A stretch of 64,000 bases of DNA, from NCBI RefSeq assembly GCF_964213995.1, contig NW_027590140.1, forward strand, positions 868,001-932,000, in the 5' to 3' direction. Made by a program: the position numbers and the translations under genes. The notes under the pieces were generated by a model. It was not told where the DNA came from. It worked only from the letters and a program-made list of their open reading frames with translations, and did no database searches. This DNA comes from Mustelus asterias (taxonomy: Eukaryota). This document shows positions 63,236 to 64,000 of this stretch, in pieces (position 1 is the first letter of the stretch; every line of letters starts with the position of its first letter).

Positions 63236-64000
63236 TTCATTCCCGGCTGGGCTGCAGACAAATTCCCTGCAGGGGGAATGGATCGGCTGTTGCAGCGGTG
63301 GCAATGGAAGCCTGATCCGTCAATGAGCAACGGTTCAAAATGTAAAATAAGTGCAGGCTTTCGAATCAAATTTTTTGCGCTCACAAATCATTTACACTAC
63401 ATCTGTGCAGCAATAACTCGCACAAATTTCTAGATTAATTTGAGAACTCCGTATGTACAGTAATATCCATCATGTTGGCATGACCACTGCAACAGATCAA
63501 TCACTAAATTACATGAGAATGAGGAGGGTCATTTGTTAATCTTAACTCACCAATTCTGGAATTCCCAAGAGTCTCTATTATTTCCTTAAGGGTAACTGTC
63601 CATTTTGTTGCTTTTCAAATGTGTCACTTCGAATAGATTCCATTGCAAGTGATGACCACGATCAGTGTAACGAATTGTCTCCTATCTGAGCCCCAATTTT
63701 ACCTTTTACTCGACTGGACCTATGTAAATTTACCGCCCCTACAGCTGAATTTAAGGTAGAACTCAGGCTCAACCCTTTCCAGACCCAATGCTACTTTGGC
63801 TATTTAGGCTTTGTTTAGGTATTTATGTTTTCTTACTTCCTGCAACGCTGCTTCGATATGATTCGTTTCTTTTTCCCCTTTACACCTGTTTCTCTAATTT
63901 TTCCTCCAACCCCTCTGACATACCGTTCTCTCCCCCGACCAATGCATTCCTATGTTCCCAAGCTTCCTCATACTCTCTCCCTCGCAAAATCTGTCCGTAT

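Overview
This is repeat-rich vertebrate DNA, most likely from a shark or other elasmobranch. That assignment is inferred from the CR1 LINEs with (catagaa)n tails, HE1-like SINEs, Rex1/Babar and Penelope-derived repeats. From left to right: (1) a decayed Gypsy LTR retrotransposon with its 3' LTR (1-5254); (2) an apparently intact two-exon GPR139/GPR142-like class A GPCR (6049-13380); (3) a TE-dense tract holding a perfect 160-bp-arm palindrome and an unexplained open 300-nt phase-1/phase-1 candidate exon; (4) a locally duplicated, mostly decayed tRNA array (Val/Asn/Glu/Gln/Thr, ~30-45.4 kb) with one probably intact tRNA-Gln(TTG); (5) four T-cell receptor alpha/delta-type V segments, each with a leader exon and 23-RSS (52.8-62.6 kb). 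The V segments are arranged divergently: two minus-strand pseudogenes, then one intact V and one pseudogene on the plus strand. The intact V has a triplicated Ets/CRE promoter module, and its V exon plus RSS sits between ~100-bp inverted repeats. Penelope-derived inserts carrying minimal hammerhead ribozyme motifs and target-site duplications occur several times, and one disrupts a V gene. All calls were made by eye, and repeat boundaries are approximate.
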